Part shown: in pieces, positions 1 to 11,893 of the stretch
Layout of the letters: each line of letters starts with the position of its first letter
How positions within the stretch are numbered: the stretch's first letter is position 1
Source: Planktothrix sp. GU0601_MAG3
GTDB taxonomy: Bacteria > Cyanobacteriota > Cyanobacteriia > Cyanobacteriales > Microcoleaceae
Direction: 5' to 3'
Assembly (NCBI GenBank): GCA_035193785.1
Contig: CP136572.1
Location: 4,724,578-4,788,577, forward strand
DNA: 64,000 nt
The notes under the pieces: model-generated
The model's database searches: none
What the model was told of the DNA's origin: nothing
What the model saw: the letters and a program-made list of their open reading frames with translations, nothing else
Position numbers and translations under genes: made by a program

Positions 1-13
1 ACCATGCAGTTAT

Positions 14-1003
14 TTAATATAACACAGGTGTTTCTGAAATAGCAAGTTTTTTTCGCCATTCAGCCACAACTCCTTGCAGGTCAGGGAATACCCAAGGATC
101 GTACTGAGGATAAACGGGCAACCGTCGCACCAATTCCCAGCCCTTGGGGGCTAGAATCTCCTCTAAGGCTTGATCCCGATCCTGGGGATAGTCGGGGTTC
201 ACCTCGTCACGGGGGCCGATTCCGCCGAGATCTCGCGCCCCGGCTACCAAACAGGCTAATAAAATATCAGGATTAGTAACTAAATTGGGGGGTATTTGTA
301 AGGTAATATCATCAGGTAAAATAGAACGGGCGATCGCTACAACTTCGGGTAATTGTTCTAAATTAAAACTGTTTCTGGGATCGCTTTGTTGACGGCCCAA
401 ACTATGGGGTTGTAAAATTACTTCTTGAATATGTCCCCAGCGTTTATGAATAATTGCGATCGCCTTTAAAGTATCTCCCCAGTCTGCCGAAGTTTCTCCA
501 ATTCCCAATAATAAACCAGTGGTAAAAGGTATTTTTAATTCTCCCGCCCATTCTAACTGTTGTAACCGCAGTCCTGGGACTTTACTAGGGCAGTGACGAT
601 GAACAGTTTCTAATAATTTGGGGTTAATTTGTTCTAACATTAAACCTAGAGAAACATTCACCTGTTTTAATTGTTTCATTTCGGTAAAAGTTAACGGCCC
701 AACATTAGTATGGGGTAAAAATCCGAAAGATATTGCTAACTCGCATAATTCATAAATCAGTTTAAACCAAGCCAAACGTTGAGAACTATGGGGATGGACT
801 TCTCCACTTAATACTAAAATCTCAATAATTCCTTGGTTTTGAAGTGATTTTAAAATTTTTTCAGCTTCTGTTAAGGTTAACCAGGGACTTTTCCCAATAT
901 CTGTTCTAAAGTTACAATAACTACAGCGATTAAAACAATCATAGGTCGGAACCAAGGTATAGGCTGGACTATAAGTAATTTGTTTATCGATCATAAATTT
1001 CAT
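14..1003 (-). CDS. cofG: FO synthase subunit 1 (7,8-didemethyl-8-hydroxy-5-deazariboflavin synthase), radical SAM
   Basis: ITYSPAYTLVPTYDCFNRCSYC (CxxxCxxC), IPFTTGLLLGIGET, GHIQEVILQP, IPPNL, DLGGI. Confidence 0.9.
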   Translation of the reverse strand: MKFMIDKQITYSPAYTLVPTYDCFNRCSYCNFRTDIGKSPWLTLTEAEKILKSLQNQGIIEILVLSGEVHPHSSQRLAWFKLIYELCELAISFGFLPHTNVGPLTFTEMKQLKQVNVSLGLMLEQINPKLLETVHRHCPSKVPGLRLQQLEWAGELKIPFTTGLLLGIGETSADWGDTLKAIAIIHKRWGHIQEVILQPHSLGRQQSDPRNSFNLEQLPEVVAIARSILPDDITLQIPPNLVTNPDILLACLVAGARDLGGIGPRDEVNPDYPQDRDQALEEILAPKGWELVRRLPVYPQYDPWVFPDLQGVVAEWRKKLAISETPVLY

Positions 1004-1178
1004 TTCATCATAATGATCTTTTTGAATTATAATAGAAAAACCAGGGGTGAGTGCGAGAATACCTCAAAATAATTTATCAAAACTCACCGGTGATCTCAAT
1101 TTAATTATCTGTCAAGTGGTGCTTGGTGCTGCAATGCCACTACTCCACAGTGCCGTTCAACCCTTATTGTTTAATCTC

Positions 1179-3241
1179 ATGTCTGAACAGAATTCAATCT
1201 TTAGCTATCCCCAAACTCGGAAATCTGATCAAGTTGACAATTATCATGGCGTGACCGTTGCTGACCCCTATCGGTGGTTAGAAGATTTAGATTCGGAAGA
1301 AACCGCTTCATGGGTGGAGGCCCAAAACGCGGTGACATTCGATTATTTGAATCAAATTTCGGATAAAGAAACCATTAAACAACGCCTAACTCAACTTTGG
1401 GATTATGAAAAATATGGAATTCCATTTAAGCAAGGAAATCGCTATTTTTATTTTAAAAATGATGGACTCCAGAATCAAAGTGTTTTGTATTTTTTAGAGT
1501 CATTAGATGCCGAACCTCAAGTTTTATTAGATCCCAATAGTTTATCTGAAGATGGAACTATTGCTTTATCAGGAATGTCTATCAGTGAAGATGGAAATTT
1601 AATGGCCTATGGGTTATCAACTTCCGGTTCTGATTGGCAAGAATGGAAAGTCAGAGATATTAATACTAAAGAAGATTTATCGGATAATTTAAAATGGGTT
1701 AAATTTTCTGGCGCATCTTGGACACACGACCATCAAGGATTCTATTATAGTCGTTATGATCAACCCCAGGAAGGAAAACCCTTAGAAGAAATCAATTATT
1801 TTCAAAAACTCTATTACCATCGTTTAGGAACTCCCCAATCTGAGGATACCTTAATCTATGAACGTCCTGATCAAAAAGAATGGGGATTTAATGGGTATGT
1901 TACCGAAGATGGGAAGTATTTAATCATTTCCGTTTGGAAGGGAACCGAATCTAAAAACTTGGTTTTTTATCAAGATTTAACTAAACCAAATGCTGAGGTT
2001 ATCGAACTAATTTCTGAGTTTAAAGCCAGTTATAGTTTTATTGATTATCAAGGGGATATCTTTTGGTTTACGACGGATTTGGATGCTTCTCGAAGTCGGG
2101 TAATTGCCATTGATATTAATACCAAAAATCTCACCGAAATTATTCCCGAAGCTCCCGAAACCCTAGAGGGAGTTAACATTTTAAATAATCAATTCATTGC
2201 CGATTATTTGAAAGATGCCCATACTCAAATGAAAATCTTTAATTTAGATGGGTCATTTGTTCGGGAAATTGAATTACCAGGAATTGGTTTCTGTGGGAGG
2301 TTTTGGGGGGAAGCGATATGATACGGAAACCTTCTATAGTTATACCAGTTTCACCGCCCCAAATACCATTTATCGCTACAATCTTGTGACGGGAGAAAGT
2401 ACAATTTATCGTCAAGCAAAGGTTGACTTTAACCCCGACGACTACGAAACCCAACAGGTGTTTTATCCGAGTAAAGATGGTACTTTAATCCCCATGTTTA
2501 TTACCGCTAAAAAAGGGGTAGAATTAAATGGAAATAACCCGACAATCTTATATGGATATGGGGGATTTAATATTTCCCTAACGCCTTCATTTTCTATTAG
2601 TCGTTTGGTTTGGTTAGAAATGGGTGGTGTTTATGCGATCGCCAATTTACGAGGTGGGGGAGAATATGGAGAAAATTGGCATCAAGCGGGAATGAAACTC
2701 AAGAAACAAAATGTCTTTGATGACTTTATTTCTGCCGCCGAATGGTTAATAGAAAAACGCTATACTTCCCAGCAAAAACTAGCAATTATGGGAGGAAGTA
2801 ACGGCGGGTTATTAGTTGGAGCTTGTATGATTCAACGGCCGGATTTATTCGCGGCGGTGTTACCTGCGGTGGGGGTTTTAGATATGCTCCGGTTCCATAA
2901 ATTTACCATAGGCTGGGCCTGGTGTTCCGATTATGGTTCGCCGGAAAATCCCGAAGAATTTCAAGCCTTATACGCCTATTCTCCTCTGCATAATTTAAAG
3001 CCAGGAAACTGCTTACCCAGCAACTTTAATTACTACAGGAGATCATGATGATCGAGTAGTCCCCGCCCATAGTTTTAAGTTTGCTTCGGCTTTACAGGAA
3101 CACCATATTGGGGAAAATCCAGTATTAATCAGAATTGAAACCAAAGCCGGACATGGCGCTGGAAAACCCACTGATAAAACGATTGAAGAAATTGCCGATC
3201 AATTTGCTTTTTTAAAGCGAGTTCTCCAAATTGATTCCTGA
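1179..3241 (+). CDS. Prolyl oligopeptidase (S9A); split by two +1 insertions at GTTC/GAAC
   Basis: [18 protein letters not shown] catalytic Ser, then [10 protein letters not shown] and KAGHGAGK in the shifted frame; frame restored at ~2287 and ~3005. Confidence 0.9.
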
Positions 3242-3332
3242 TATAAGGATTTAAGAGAGTTACGCAGATTAACACAGATGAAAATCCGTGAAATCCGTGA
3301 AATCCTCTTAAATCCGTGATCCCCATTTCTTC

Positions 3333-4916
3333 CTACAACGGAACATGGGTGGCAATTTTTTCGTTATTAGCTCCATAAACTTCTAGGGAAATTTTGGCAT
3401 TTTGACTAATTGTTTCTAAGGCAACTTTCAGAGTTTGAACGTGCTTTTCAGTTTCCGAACGTTTTTGAGAATCTCCCAGTTGATCTGCCGTTTTAGCCGT
3501 GGACTGAATTTGATTTACATATTCAGATGTTAACCGAACCGTAATCAAAGTTTCAGTCACATTGTAGTTACAAACCTTGGGACTTCCACTGCACAGTTTT
3601 CCTAAATCTTGACGGGCTTTTTCCAAACGAGATGTAATCTGATTTTGAATATCTGCCCGTTTCCAAGACTCATTAAATGTCGTTAAAAAAGGCTTAATTT
3701 TAGCCGAATAGGAACTACTAACCGGAACTTGTTTTCCGTAACTAACCGCCCGACTCCAATAGGTAACAGCTTCAGACCAATTGCCCCGTTGTTCTAAAAG
3801 TTTGGCTTGTTCAGAATTACTAATTGCTTGATTATAAGCATCTAAACCCACTTGTTCAATGGTTTTGCGATCGCGAGCCGCTTCTAATTTCGGTTGATAC
3901 CGGGCTAACAAAACCTGGGCCGATTGATAGGCCGTTGTCCCATAGGGAATGGTCGATAAAGTATTAGCTGCGGTTTGCCAAGTTTCAAATACCTGTTGCC
4001 AACTTTCTGCATATTTGGCGACTCCTTGACGGGCTTCTGCTACCTGGGCAGTTTTCTTCGCTGTCGCTAAGATTTGTTCCCCATCTCGTTCTAATTTTAA
4101 ACGATTTCTCACATCCCCTAAATTAGCTCGATATTGCTGCCATCGAGCCTGAGCAAAGGGATAAACAATACTACTATTAGGAACTTGATCTAAAAGGGCG
4201 ATCGCTTCTTCCCACATCGATTGCATTTTTATCCAATCTCCTACGGAATGGGGGGGATTTTGACCCATTTCTGAAGCTTTTGCTGCCACATTTAAGGATT
4301 TAACTACCGAATTTAATTCGTTATATTCTTGACGATAAACCGACAAAAGAGCTTTGGCTTCAGGATAACGGGGCGACCAAAAAGGAATGGTTTCTAAGAG
4401 TTTAATTCCCGATTGTAAATCCTCTGATGCTAAAATAGGAGCCTTAGAAGAACTGACGGTTTCAATGGTTTGTTTAGATTTTTGACTAAAATCTCTGGCG
4501 GTATCCATTTCCTGACATTCTCCCATCACACAGGGACGAGTCACAGTATAAATACATCCAAATACCAAGACTAAAACCGCAGCAATTTTAGCTAATAAAA
4601 CCAGATTCAATCCCTTACTAATTGCTGTGGCTTGGGGAGATGGTTCATCGGTATCAGTTTCTTCCTCAACCGGTGCACTGATATCCTCTAAAGCCCCTAT
4701 ATCTTGAATATCAAAAGGATTATATTCTTCCGTTTCTTCTTCTAAAAAAGGATTTTTAGCTTCTACCTCGGAGGAATTTTCAATATTTTGTTTTTGCTTG
4801 GCTTCTAAAACTGCTGTTTTCATAATTTTGTCTGTAATCGGTGATACACTTGACCGGGAATTTTTAGAGGTTGAACTGCGGTTGCTAAATTTTATCGGGG
4901 TTTTCTGGAAACCCAA
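3333..4916 (-). CDS. Hypothetical single-pass membrane protein with helical repeat region (cyanobacterial)
   Basis: 527-aa ORF: acidic N-terminus, TM segment IAAVLVLVFGCIYTV, RPCVMGEC, repeated W..A...L..IP helices; start may be 4823. Confidence 0.7.
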   Translation of the reverse strand: MGFQKTPIKFSNRSSTSKNSRSSVSPITDKIMKTAVLEAKQKQNIENSSEVEAKNPFLEEETEEYNPFDIQDIGALEDISAPVEEETDTDEPSPQATAISKGLNLVLLAKIAAVLVLVFGCIYTVTRPCVMGECQEMDTARDFSQKSKQTIETVSSSKAPILASEDLQSGIKLLETIPFWSPRYPEAKALLSVYRQEYNELNSVVKSLNVAAKASEMGQNPPHSVGDWIKMQSMWEEAIALLDQVPNSSIVYPFAQARWQQYRANLGDVRNRLKLERDGEQILATAKKTAQVAEARQGVAKYAESWQQVFETWQTAANTLSTIPYGTTAYQSAQVLLARYQPKLEAARDRKTIEQVGLDAYNQAISNSEQAKLLEQRGNWSEAVTYWSRAVSYGKQVPVSSSYSAKIKPFLTTFNESWKRADIQNQITSRLEKARQDLGKLCSGSPKVCNYNVTETLITVRLTSEYVNQIQSTAKTADQLGDSQKRSETEKHVQTLKVALETISQNAKISLEVYGANNEKIATHVPL

Positions 4917-4923
4917 TTAAAGA

Positions 4924-5580
4924 TTAACCTTCCCAGACTTTCCCGTAGGATTCTCCATAACAGAGTTGTTCAACCGGAAACCTTCCCCCATATTTTTTAA
5001 AAGGTTCTGTCGCATATCCTAAAGCCAGAAGGCAACAAACATCAACCGCTTCTGGAATATTAAATTGGGCTTTGACCTGAGATCCAATAAATCCCTCCAT
5101 CGGACAACTATCTACCCCATAGGTCTGCGCCACAATCATAATATGGGCAACGGCTAACATAGCTTGGCGGTTTGTCCAGGTTTCCAGGGACTCAAAGGAA
5201 GGATGTTTCTCAAAGGTCTGGGGAATGGCTGTGCGGATATAATCGGCATAGCTATCATTGATCGAACCCTGTTCTCGACCCAGTTGAATCACCGATTCAA
5301 TATATTCCGGTTCCGCCACACGCCGATCGCTACAACAAATTAACACCACCGGAGCTTCCGTGACCTGGCGCTGATTAAAAGCACAGGCTTTGAGTTTTTC
5401 CTTACTCTGGAGACTTTGTAAGATAATAAACCGCCAGGGCTGTAGATTAAACCCCGAGGGCGATCGCATCCCTAAACGCAGAATTTCCGAGAAAATCACC
5501 CCCGGAATTAAAGTCGGTTTAAAGGCTCTGACCGCCCGACGTTGTTCAATCGCATATCTTAAATTAATTGAAGGTTCCAT
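4924..5580 (-). CDS. Nitroreductase family protein
   Basis: RRAVRAF, SPSGFNLQPWRF, GVDSCPMEGF. Confidence 0.9.
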   Translation of the reverse strand: MEPSINLRYAIEQRRAVRAFKPTLIPGVIFSEILRLGMRSPSGFNLQPWRFIILQSLQSKEKLKACAFNQRQVTEAPVVLICCSDRRVAEPEYIESVIQLGREQGSINDSYADYIRTAIPQTFEKHPSFESLETWTNRQAMLAVAHIMIVAQTYGVDSCPMEGFIGSQVKAQFNIPEAVDVCCLLALGYATEPFKKYGGRFPVEQLCYGESYGKVWEG

Positions 5581-5642
5581 TTGATTATCGGATGAAAGTT
5601 TGCTTTTCTATTGTTATTGATAATTGGCTATTGCTAACGGGT

Positions 5643-6626
5643 TTAACTCAAACCCAATTCCCGCTTGAGCAAATTAATCGATTCTGCACCAATATAATTG
5701 GGACAGCAGACCAATTGAGGTTGACGAATCAATTCTTCTCGATTGGTATGAACCAAATTCTTGACCACCGGATAACTGGCTTGATCACAAATAATAATCC
5801 GTGCTGTGCGAACAATAGAATTAATCTTATAGGGATCGGTTAATTGAGCCGTCAGTACCAAAATATCATCCCCTCGCAAGCTATGAATAATCACTTCCGT
5901 CGCCCTTAATAACCCCGAACTCAGACTCACAATTCCTAAATAAGTCCCCCTGGGAGCATCCCGCACCAACTCAATTTCCTCAGCATAGTTATGAATATCA
6001 ATCGGAATCACCCGCACGGACTTAGGGGCGGCAATGGCTTCAGCTTGTCCAATAAAATAACGACTGGTAACAACCGTTCCCGAGGGGACTTTTTCTAATA
6101 GTTCGGGTAGCTGTTCAATCGGGACTAACTGCACGGGAATTTTTAGGGCTTCTTCTAATTCCTGAGCCATTAATTCTCCAATCCCAATATCTTGAGTCGG
6201 AGCCGTGACTAAAACCCTAGCACTACAGCGTAATCGCCAATCAATTTCACCTAGAAACATTTCCCTGGCTTGATTAAGGGTGCATCCTTGAGATAACAAT
6301 TCATCCAAACTCCGTTGAATAATTTTATTAGCTTGGGGATTTTGTTCTAAAATAGGCGAGTTTAACCTTGATCCTCCTTCATGCCCCAAAGCCCGCACAT
6401 AAATTCCCGATCCCGCCTGGGCTTCTACTAAGCCATTATCTTCCAATTGTCGATAAACTTTGCTAATCGTATTTCGGTGTAATCCCGTTTCCATCGCCAG
6501 TTGACGGGTGCTGGGTAAACGATGTCCCGGGGGAAATTGTCGAGAGGCGATCGCAAATCGCATTTGATTAAATAGTTGGTTAGAGGCGGGAATATCGCTA
6601 TCAGGTTGAATATAAAACCGAACCAT
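5643..6626 (-). CDS. plmA: GntR-family transcriptional regulator, cyanobacterial PlmA type
   Basis: MVRFYIQPDSDIPASNQL, LPSTRQLA..TGLHRNTISKVY wHTH, conserved TVVTSRYF. Confidence 0.8.
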   Translation of the reverse strand: MVRFYIQPDSDIPASNQLFNQMRFAIASRQFPPGHRLPSTRQLAMETGLHRNTISKVYRQLEDNGLVEAQAGSGIYVRALGHEGGSRLNSPILEQNPQANKIIQRSLDELLSQGCTLNQAREMFLGEIDWRLRCSARVLVTAPTQDIGIGELMAQELEEALKIPVQLVPIEQLPELLEKVPSGTVVTSRYFIGQAEAIAAPKSVRVIPIDIHNYAEEIELVRDAPRGTYLGIVSLSSGLLRATEVIIHSLRGDDILVLTAQLTDPYKINSIVRTARIIICDQASYPVVKNLVHTNREELIRQPQLVCCPNYIGAESINLLKRELGLS

Positions 6627-6928
6627 GATTACATCTCCAAGGGAATAAAGCAAAATGGGTTAATTGTCTATTTTCCAGACATTGCTGTTTGAGAAAAATA
6701 TAGATTTATCTCCTGAAAATTTTTATACCGTTTAGTTTTAATTGTGCCATTTACCGATCGGCTTTTTGTTTTTTTTTACAAGTTATAAAGTTTTACTCGT
6801 TTTTGATCAGAAAGTTTTCATCTACTTTTATCCCTTATCAATTGCCATAATTTTATATATTGCATATTAACCGATCTAGGTAGCCATTAGGATATGATTG
6901 AACCTTATTTACAACTCTTTAAAAAATT

Positions 6929-7664
6929 ATGACCAATCAGCCCTTACAGACCGCCTGGGTTCAAATTCCCAATGGGGACTTACAAATTGACGGCTATCTC
7001 GCTCAACCCCAGGGAGCCGGGCCATTTCCCGCCGTGATCGTGATTCAAGAAATTTTTGGGGTAAATTCCCATATTCGAGATGTCACCGAAACGCATCGCC
7101 AAAGAAGGATATATTGCGATCGCACCCGCCATTTATCAACGCTCTGCCCCGGGCTTTGACGTCGGTTATACTCCAGAAGGCATGAAATTAGGCCGAAAAT
7201 ATAAAGATCAAACTACCGCCCCACAACTATTAAGCGATATTCAAGCCACCATCGACTATTTGAAAACCCTCCCCAACCTCAAACCCAAATTCGGCTCCAT
7301 TGGTTTTTGTTTTGGCGGTCACGTCGTTTATTTAGCCGCCACCCTCCCCGATATCCAAGCCACAGCCTGTTTCTATGGGGCTGGAATTGCCACCATGACC
7401 CCCGGAGGTGGAGCAGCCACCATCACCCGCACAAAAGACATTCAAGGGGTTCTCTATGGCTTTTTCGGCACAGAAGATCCCCTAATTCCTAACCAACAAG
7501 TCGATCAAATCGAAACCGAACTCCAAAACCATCAAATTCCCCATCAAATTTTCCGCTACAAAACCGATCACGGCTTCTTCTGCGACCAACGCAGCACCTA
7601 CAACCCCCCAGCCGCCCAAGACGCCTGGACAAAGGTTAAACAACTCTTTCAGCAGCAGTTATAG
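6929..7664 (+). CDS. Dienelactone hydrolase family protein (+1 at GAAC ~7088)
   Basis: [15 protein letters not shown] nucleophile, HGFFCD. Confidence 0.9.
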
Positions 7665-7665
7665 G

Positions 7666-7995
7666 GAATTGCGAATTACGAATTACGAATTACGAATTAC
7701 GAATTACGAATTACGAATGGACAATGGGGAACAGAAGGAGTTCACACCCCCTGCCTCCCCTGCCTCCCCTGCCTCCCCTGCCTCCCCTGCCCCCCTGCCC
7801 CCCTGCCTCCCCTGCCTCCCCTGCCTCCCCTGCCTCCCCTGCCTCCCCTGCCTCCCCTGCCCCCCTGCCCCCCCTGCCTCCCCTGCCTCCCCTGCCCCCC
7901 CTGCCTCCCCTGCCTCCCCTGCCCCCCCTGCCTCCCCTGCCCCCCCTGCCTCCCCTGCCTCCCCTGCTCCCCCTGCTCCCCCCATTCCCCCACTC
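7666..7995. repeat. GAATTAC heptamer tandem repeat followed by a CCCCTGCCT/CCCCTGCCC low-complexity array
   Basis: Read directly; the overlapping Pro-rich and Gly-rich ORFs are repeat translations. Confidence 0.95.
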
Positions 7996-8107
7996 CCACC
8001 TTCTCTAACTGTGTTATGCTCAGAGGATTGGAGTGTTGTTGAAGACGAGAGCAGCGTTATAAGCAGGTTCCTAACACCTTTATTTTTGTTTTTCTTTACT
8101 TTTTGCT

Positions 8108-8992
8108 ATGGCTACTAAAAACCCGTCCTTTTCTCTTGATGATTTTGCCAAAGCCCTAGATCAACAGAATTATGATTTACATAAAGGGCAAATCGTTAAG
8201 GGTCAGGTAGAATCCTATACCAGTGATGGTGCTTACATTGATATTAAAGGAGCTAAATCTCCTGGTTTTATTCCTAAAAAAGAGATTTCAGTTGTAGAAG
8301 TTGAGGATATTTCCGAAATTCTCCCCTTAAAAGAGGAGCGAGATTTTCTAATTATTAGAGAACAAAATGCCGATGGTCAAATCTTACTTTCCATCCGACA
8401 ACTAGAAATCAAACAAATTTGGGATCAACTCCTAGATGCTCAAAATGGAGGTCAATCTTTACAAGCTAGAGTGACCGGAGTAAATCGCGGAGGTGTCACC
8501 GTTGAAGTTCATTCTTTACGGGGGTTTATTCCTCGATCGCATCTTTTAGAAAAAGACGACCTAGACTCCTTAGTTGATCAATCTTTAAGTGTTAGTATTT
8601 TAGAATTAGATCCCGAACGGAATAAAATTGTTTTATCCCAAAGATTAGCCTCTCAATCCATCGGTTTTAGTCAATTAGAAGTTGGTCAATTGGTGGAAGG
8701 AAAAGTCATGGGGGTCAAACCCTTTGGCGTTTTTGTTGATATTGAAGGAGTGACAGGATTAATTCACATTAAAGAAGTTAGTCAAAAATATGTTGAATCT
8801 TTACCCACCCTTTTCCCCGTTGGTCTAATTATTAAAGCCATGGTGATTAGTTTAGATGAAGGTCGCCATCGGATTTCCCTCTCCACTCGAATTTTAGAAA
8901 ATTATCCGGGTGAAGTGGTCGAGAAATTATCAGAAGTGATGGAATCAGCCGAAGCTCGTTCAGAAAGAGCTAGAAAGTTAATTATTCTGTAA
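8108..8992 (+). CDS. S1 RNA-binding domain protein (ribosomal protein S1 paralog)
   Basis: Three S1 domains: GAYIDI..GFIP, LRGFIPRSHL, PFGVFVDIEGVTGLIHI. Confidence 0.85.
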   Translation: MATKNPSFSLDDFAKALDQQNYDLHKGQIVKGQVESYTSDGAYIDIKGAKSPGFIPKKEISVVEVEDISEILPLKEERDFLIIREQNADGQILLSIRQLEIKQIWDQLLDAQNGGQSLQARVTGVNRGGVTVEVHSLRGFIPRSHLLEKDDLDSLVDQSLSVSILELDPERNKIVLSQRLASQSIGFSQLEVGQLVEGKVMGVKPFGVFVDIEGVTGLIHIKEVSQKYVESLPTLFPVGLIIKAMVISLDEGRHRISLSTRILENYPGEVVEKLSEVMESAEARSERARKLIIL

Positions 8993-9116
8993 TTTTAAAT
9001 TTCCCCCTATTATTATTATTTTAGGGGGATTATTTTTGAAAAAGACCGAGCCAGCAAACCTACATGGTAAAGTCTGTTCCCTGTTACCTACTATAATTTT
9101 AATTGTCAAAATTCCA

Positions 9117-10092
9117 ATGATTCATGTTTTAGGGATTGATGGTGGCGGTTCTAAAACGGTTTGTGTGTTAATGAGTGCCGATGGTAAAATATTAGGATGG
9201 GGACAATCCGGGCCATCCAATTATCAAACAGTCGGAATTGATGCAGCTAAAATCAACATTATTTCAGCGATTAAACAAGCAGTTGATCAGAGTTTTTTAG
9301 CCTTAGAAGGGTTAGTTCCAATTCAAGGAATTAGTTTAGGATTAGCGGGGGTAGGGCGTTCTGAAGATATTGAATTAATTCGTAATTTGATCCAAGAAAT
9401 TCAAACTCACCAAGAATTATCAATTGACTGGAAATTAACCCCCGAAAATATTATTATTAATGGTGATAGTATGATTGCCTTAGTCGGAGGTTTAGGTCAC
9501 TCCGTTGGTATTGTTGTAATTGCCGGAACTGGTTCCCATATATTCGGAAAAAATCATCAAGGAATCACCAAACGAGTCGGCGGCTGGGGGTATATTTTAG
9601 GAGATGAAGGTAGTGGTTATGATATTGCAATTCAAGGGTTAAAAGCTGCCTTACGTTTCCCATGATGGTCGCCTAGAATATACGAATCTAATTCCCAAAT
9701 TTAAAGAGGTTTTAAAGTTAAATTCCATTGAAGAATTAATTCCTATTATTTACCGTCAAGGATGGGGAGTGAAAAAAATTGCCAGTTTAGCACCCCTTGT
9801 GGATCAAGTGGCGGCGGAGGGTGATTTGGTGGCTCAAAATATTATTAAAAATGCCGTTAATGAATTAGCATTAGCTACAGAAGTCGCGATTAATGCTTTA
9901 TTTGAACCAACAGAATCCTTTGAAATTGTAGTAACCGGAGGAGTCTGGCAAGGATTAGCTAATTTTCGCCGCCAATTTGAAACTGAAGTTAATGCGATCG
10001 CACCTTTAGCTAATATTATATCTCCCCGCCATGAACCTGCCTATGGTGCGGGATTGTTAGCATTAGGAAAACCAACTTATATGAAACCTTAA
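9117..10092 (+). CDS. BadF/BadG/BcrA/BcrD-type N-acetylglucosamine kinase-like protein (+1 at GTTC ~9655)
   Basis: GIDGGGSKT, IAGTGS, RVGGWGYILGDEGSG. Confidence 0.88.
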
Positions 10093-10207
10093 ATTAGTGC
10101 TATAGATGGTAAGGCAACAGGCAACAGGCAATGTTTACTATACTTATACTTGATTCTTTTCATCTACCATCCTTTTCCTATTAGTGACGCAGCGATCGCA
10201 CCCGCAA

Positions 10208-11833
10208 TTATCTTTGAAAACGTTGTCGAATTCGAGAGACTAATAAATCAACTTCGGGTAATTTGAGAAATAGAATTAATATCAGAAAAACCATTAAACC
10301 TATAATACCCGGAAGCAATAATTCCATTAATAAAAATCCAAAATTATCACCGAGGGCTAAAATTCTTAATCCTTGTAATGTTCCCCAACTCACAAACCCA
10401 GAAATCAAACTAATTATTGTTAATCCCAAAAAGGGTAAACTCCATTCCCGCCAGGGTAAGCCATTTAATTTGATATGTAATAGCCATAAAAACATCCCCA
10501 TGGAAACAACATTCACTCCAACGGTAGCTAAGACTAAACCCGGCGCACCCCAGGATTTAACTAAAATAAAATCTAATAACCCATTCAAGAAAATATTAAA
10601 AATACTCACTTTAAATGGAGTCTGTCCATCTCCTAAACCATAAAATACCCTAACTAATACATCCCGTCCCAAATAAAAGAACATCCCCACGGAATAGGCA
10701 ACTAAAACCGAAGCTACAAACTCCGATGCTTCCAAATTAAACGCATAACGTTCATAAACAATTCTCACCGTCGGTAAGGCTAAAGCTACCATTAATGTAC
10801 TTAACGGTAACATGGTAATGGCTGTTAAGATTAAGGCTTGACGAATCCGGTCTTTTAATTCTGGCCATTGTTCGGGATCTCTTAAACGAGCAAAAACAGG
10901 CAAAAAAGGAACCAAAATCATATTAGAAATGATTCCTAATGGAGTTTGAACTAATAGCCCAGAATAGCCCATAGCTGAAGCAGCTTGGGGAATATAAGAG
11001 GCAAAAAATAAATCCGTATAGACATTAATTTGTAACATTCCTGATGATAAAGTGGCGGGTAGCATCACTTTCATTACATCTTTTAATCCAGGTATTTTAA
11101 AATTAAAGCGCAGTCTTAAAGTTCCTAACCCCGATTTCCACATCGCCGGAACTTGAATAATCCATTGCAAAACCGCCCCCGCCAAAGTCGCCCAAGCTAA
11201 GACTTCCCCCCCTAAAACCATATATTTAGGGCTACCTACCTCATCCCCTAAAATCCCAATTAAAACCCCTAATCCTAAAATTAAAGCCGCACTCGAAAAT
11301 AGGGGACTAATTGACGGCAACCAATACATATCCGCCGCATTTAGTGTACCAAATCCAATCCCAATTAACCCCGCAAATAAAGCCATCGGAGCCATAATTT
11401 TTAACTGTTCAATGGCAATATTTCGGGTGGCTATGCCTTCAGGAGTTAGGCTTAAACCCGGAGCCATTAAATCAATTAATGGGGTGGCAAAAATTACTAA
11501 CCCCACGGTTACTACTAATAAAACCATGCCCACCAAGGTAGAAACCGTTTCTACTAAAGCCTCGGCATCTTTTCGCTCTCTATTTGCTAAAGCACTGACA
11601 ATGGCGCTATGAAATGGGCCGTTAATTCCACCCAATAAAATTAATAAAAACCCGGGGATAACATAAGCGAAATTATAGGCATCAATGGCTGGCCCCACAC
11701 CAAAAGCCGCCGCCATCACCTGTTGACGGATTAAGCCAAATACTTTACTAATTAGGGTAGCAACTGCAACAATAGTGGCAATTCCTACTAATGAACGAGA
11801 GCGTTTAGGTTTCTTCTGACACGGAATATCCAC
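10208..11833 (-). CDS. murJ: Lipid II flippase MurJ/MviN
   Basis: ATLISKVFGLIRQ, AAAFGVG, GGINGPFHSA, multiple TM segments. Confidence 0.92.
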   Translation of the reverse strand: MDIPCQKKPKRSRSLVGIATIVAVATLISKVFGLIRQQVMAAAFGVGPAIDAYNFAYVIPGFLLILLGGINGPFHSAIVSALANRERKDAEALVETVSTLVGMVLLVVTVGLVIFATPLIDLMAPGLSLTPEGIATRNIAIEQLKIMAPMALFAGLIGIGFGTLNAADMYWLPSISPLFSSAALILGLGVLIGILGDEVGSPKYMVLGGEVLAWATLAGAVLQWIIQVPAMWKSGLGTLRLRFNFKIPGLKDVMKVMLPATLSSGMLQINVYTDLFFASYIPQAASAMGYSGLLVQTPLGIISNMILVPFLPVFARLRDPEQWPELKDRIRQALILTAITMLPLSTLMVALALPTVRIVYERYAFNLEASEFVASVLVAYSVGMFFYLGRDVLVRVFYGLGDGQTPFKVSIFNIFLNGLLDFILVKSWGAPGLVLATVGVNVVSMGMFLWLLHIKLNGLPWREWSLPFLGLTIISLISGFVSWGTLQGLRILALGDNFGFLLMELLLPGIIGLMVFLILILFLKLPEVDLLVSRIRQRFQR

Positions 11834-11893
11834 AGGGGTTAAAATGCAAACCCTAGTTTAATCGGAATTGACCACTATTCAAACCCACTACCC

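Noticed and set aside
1179..3241. Prolyl oligopeptidase as a RiPP macrocyclase or leader protease
   Set aside because: It lies about 10 kb from the nearest RiPP cluster among housekeeping genes, with no adjacent precursor.
7669..8118. Pro-rich, Gly-rich or collagen-like ORFs (also 36853-37155 and 25351-25608)
   Set aside because: These are translations of simple tandem repeats that are open in several frames.
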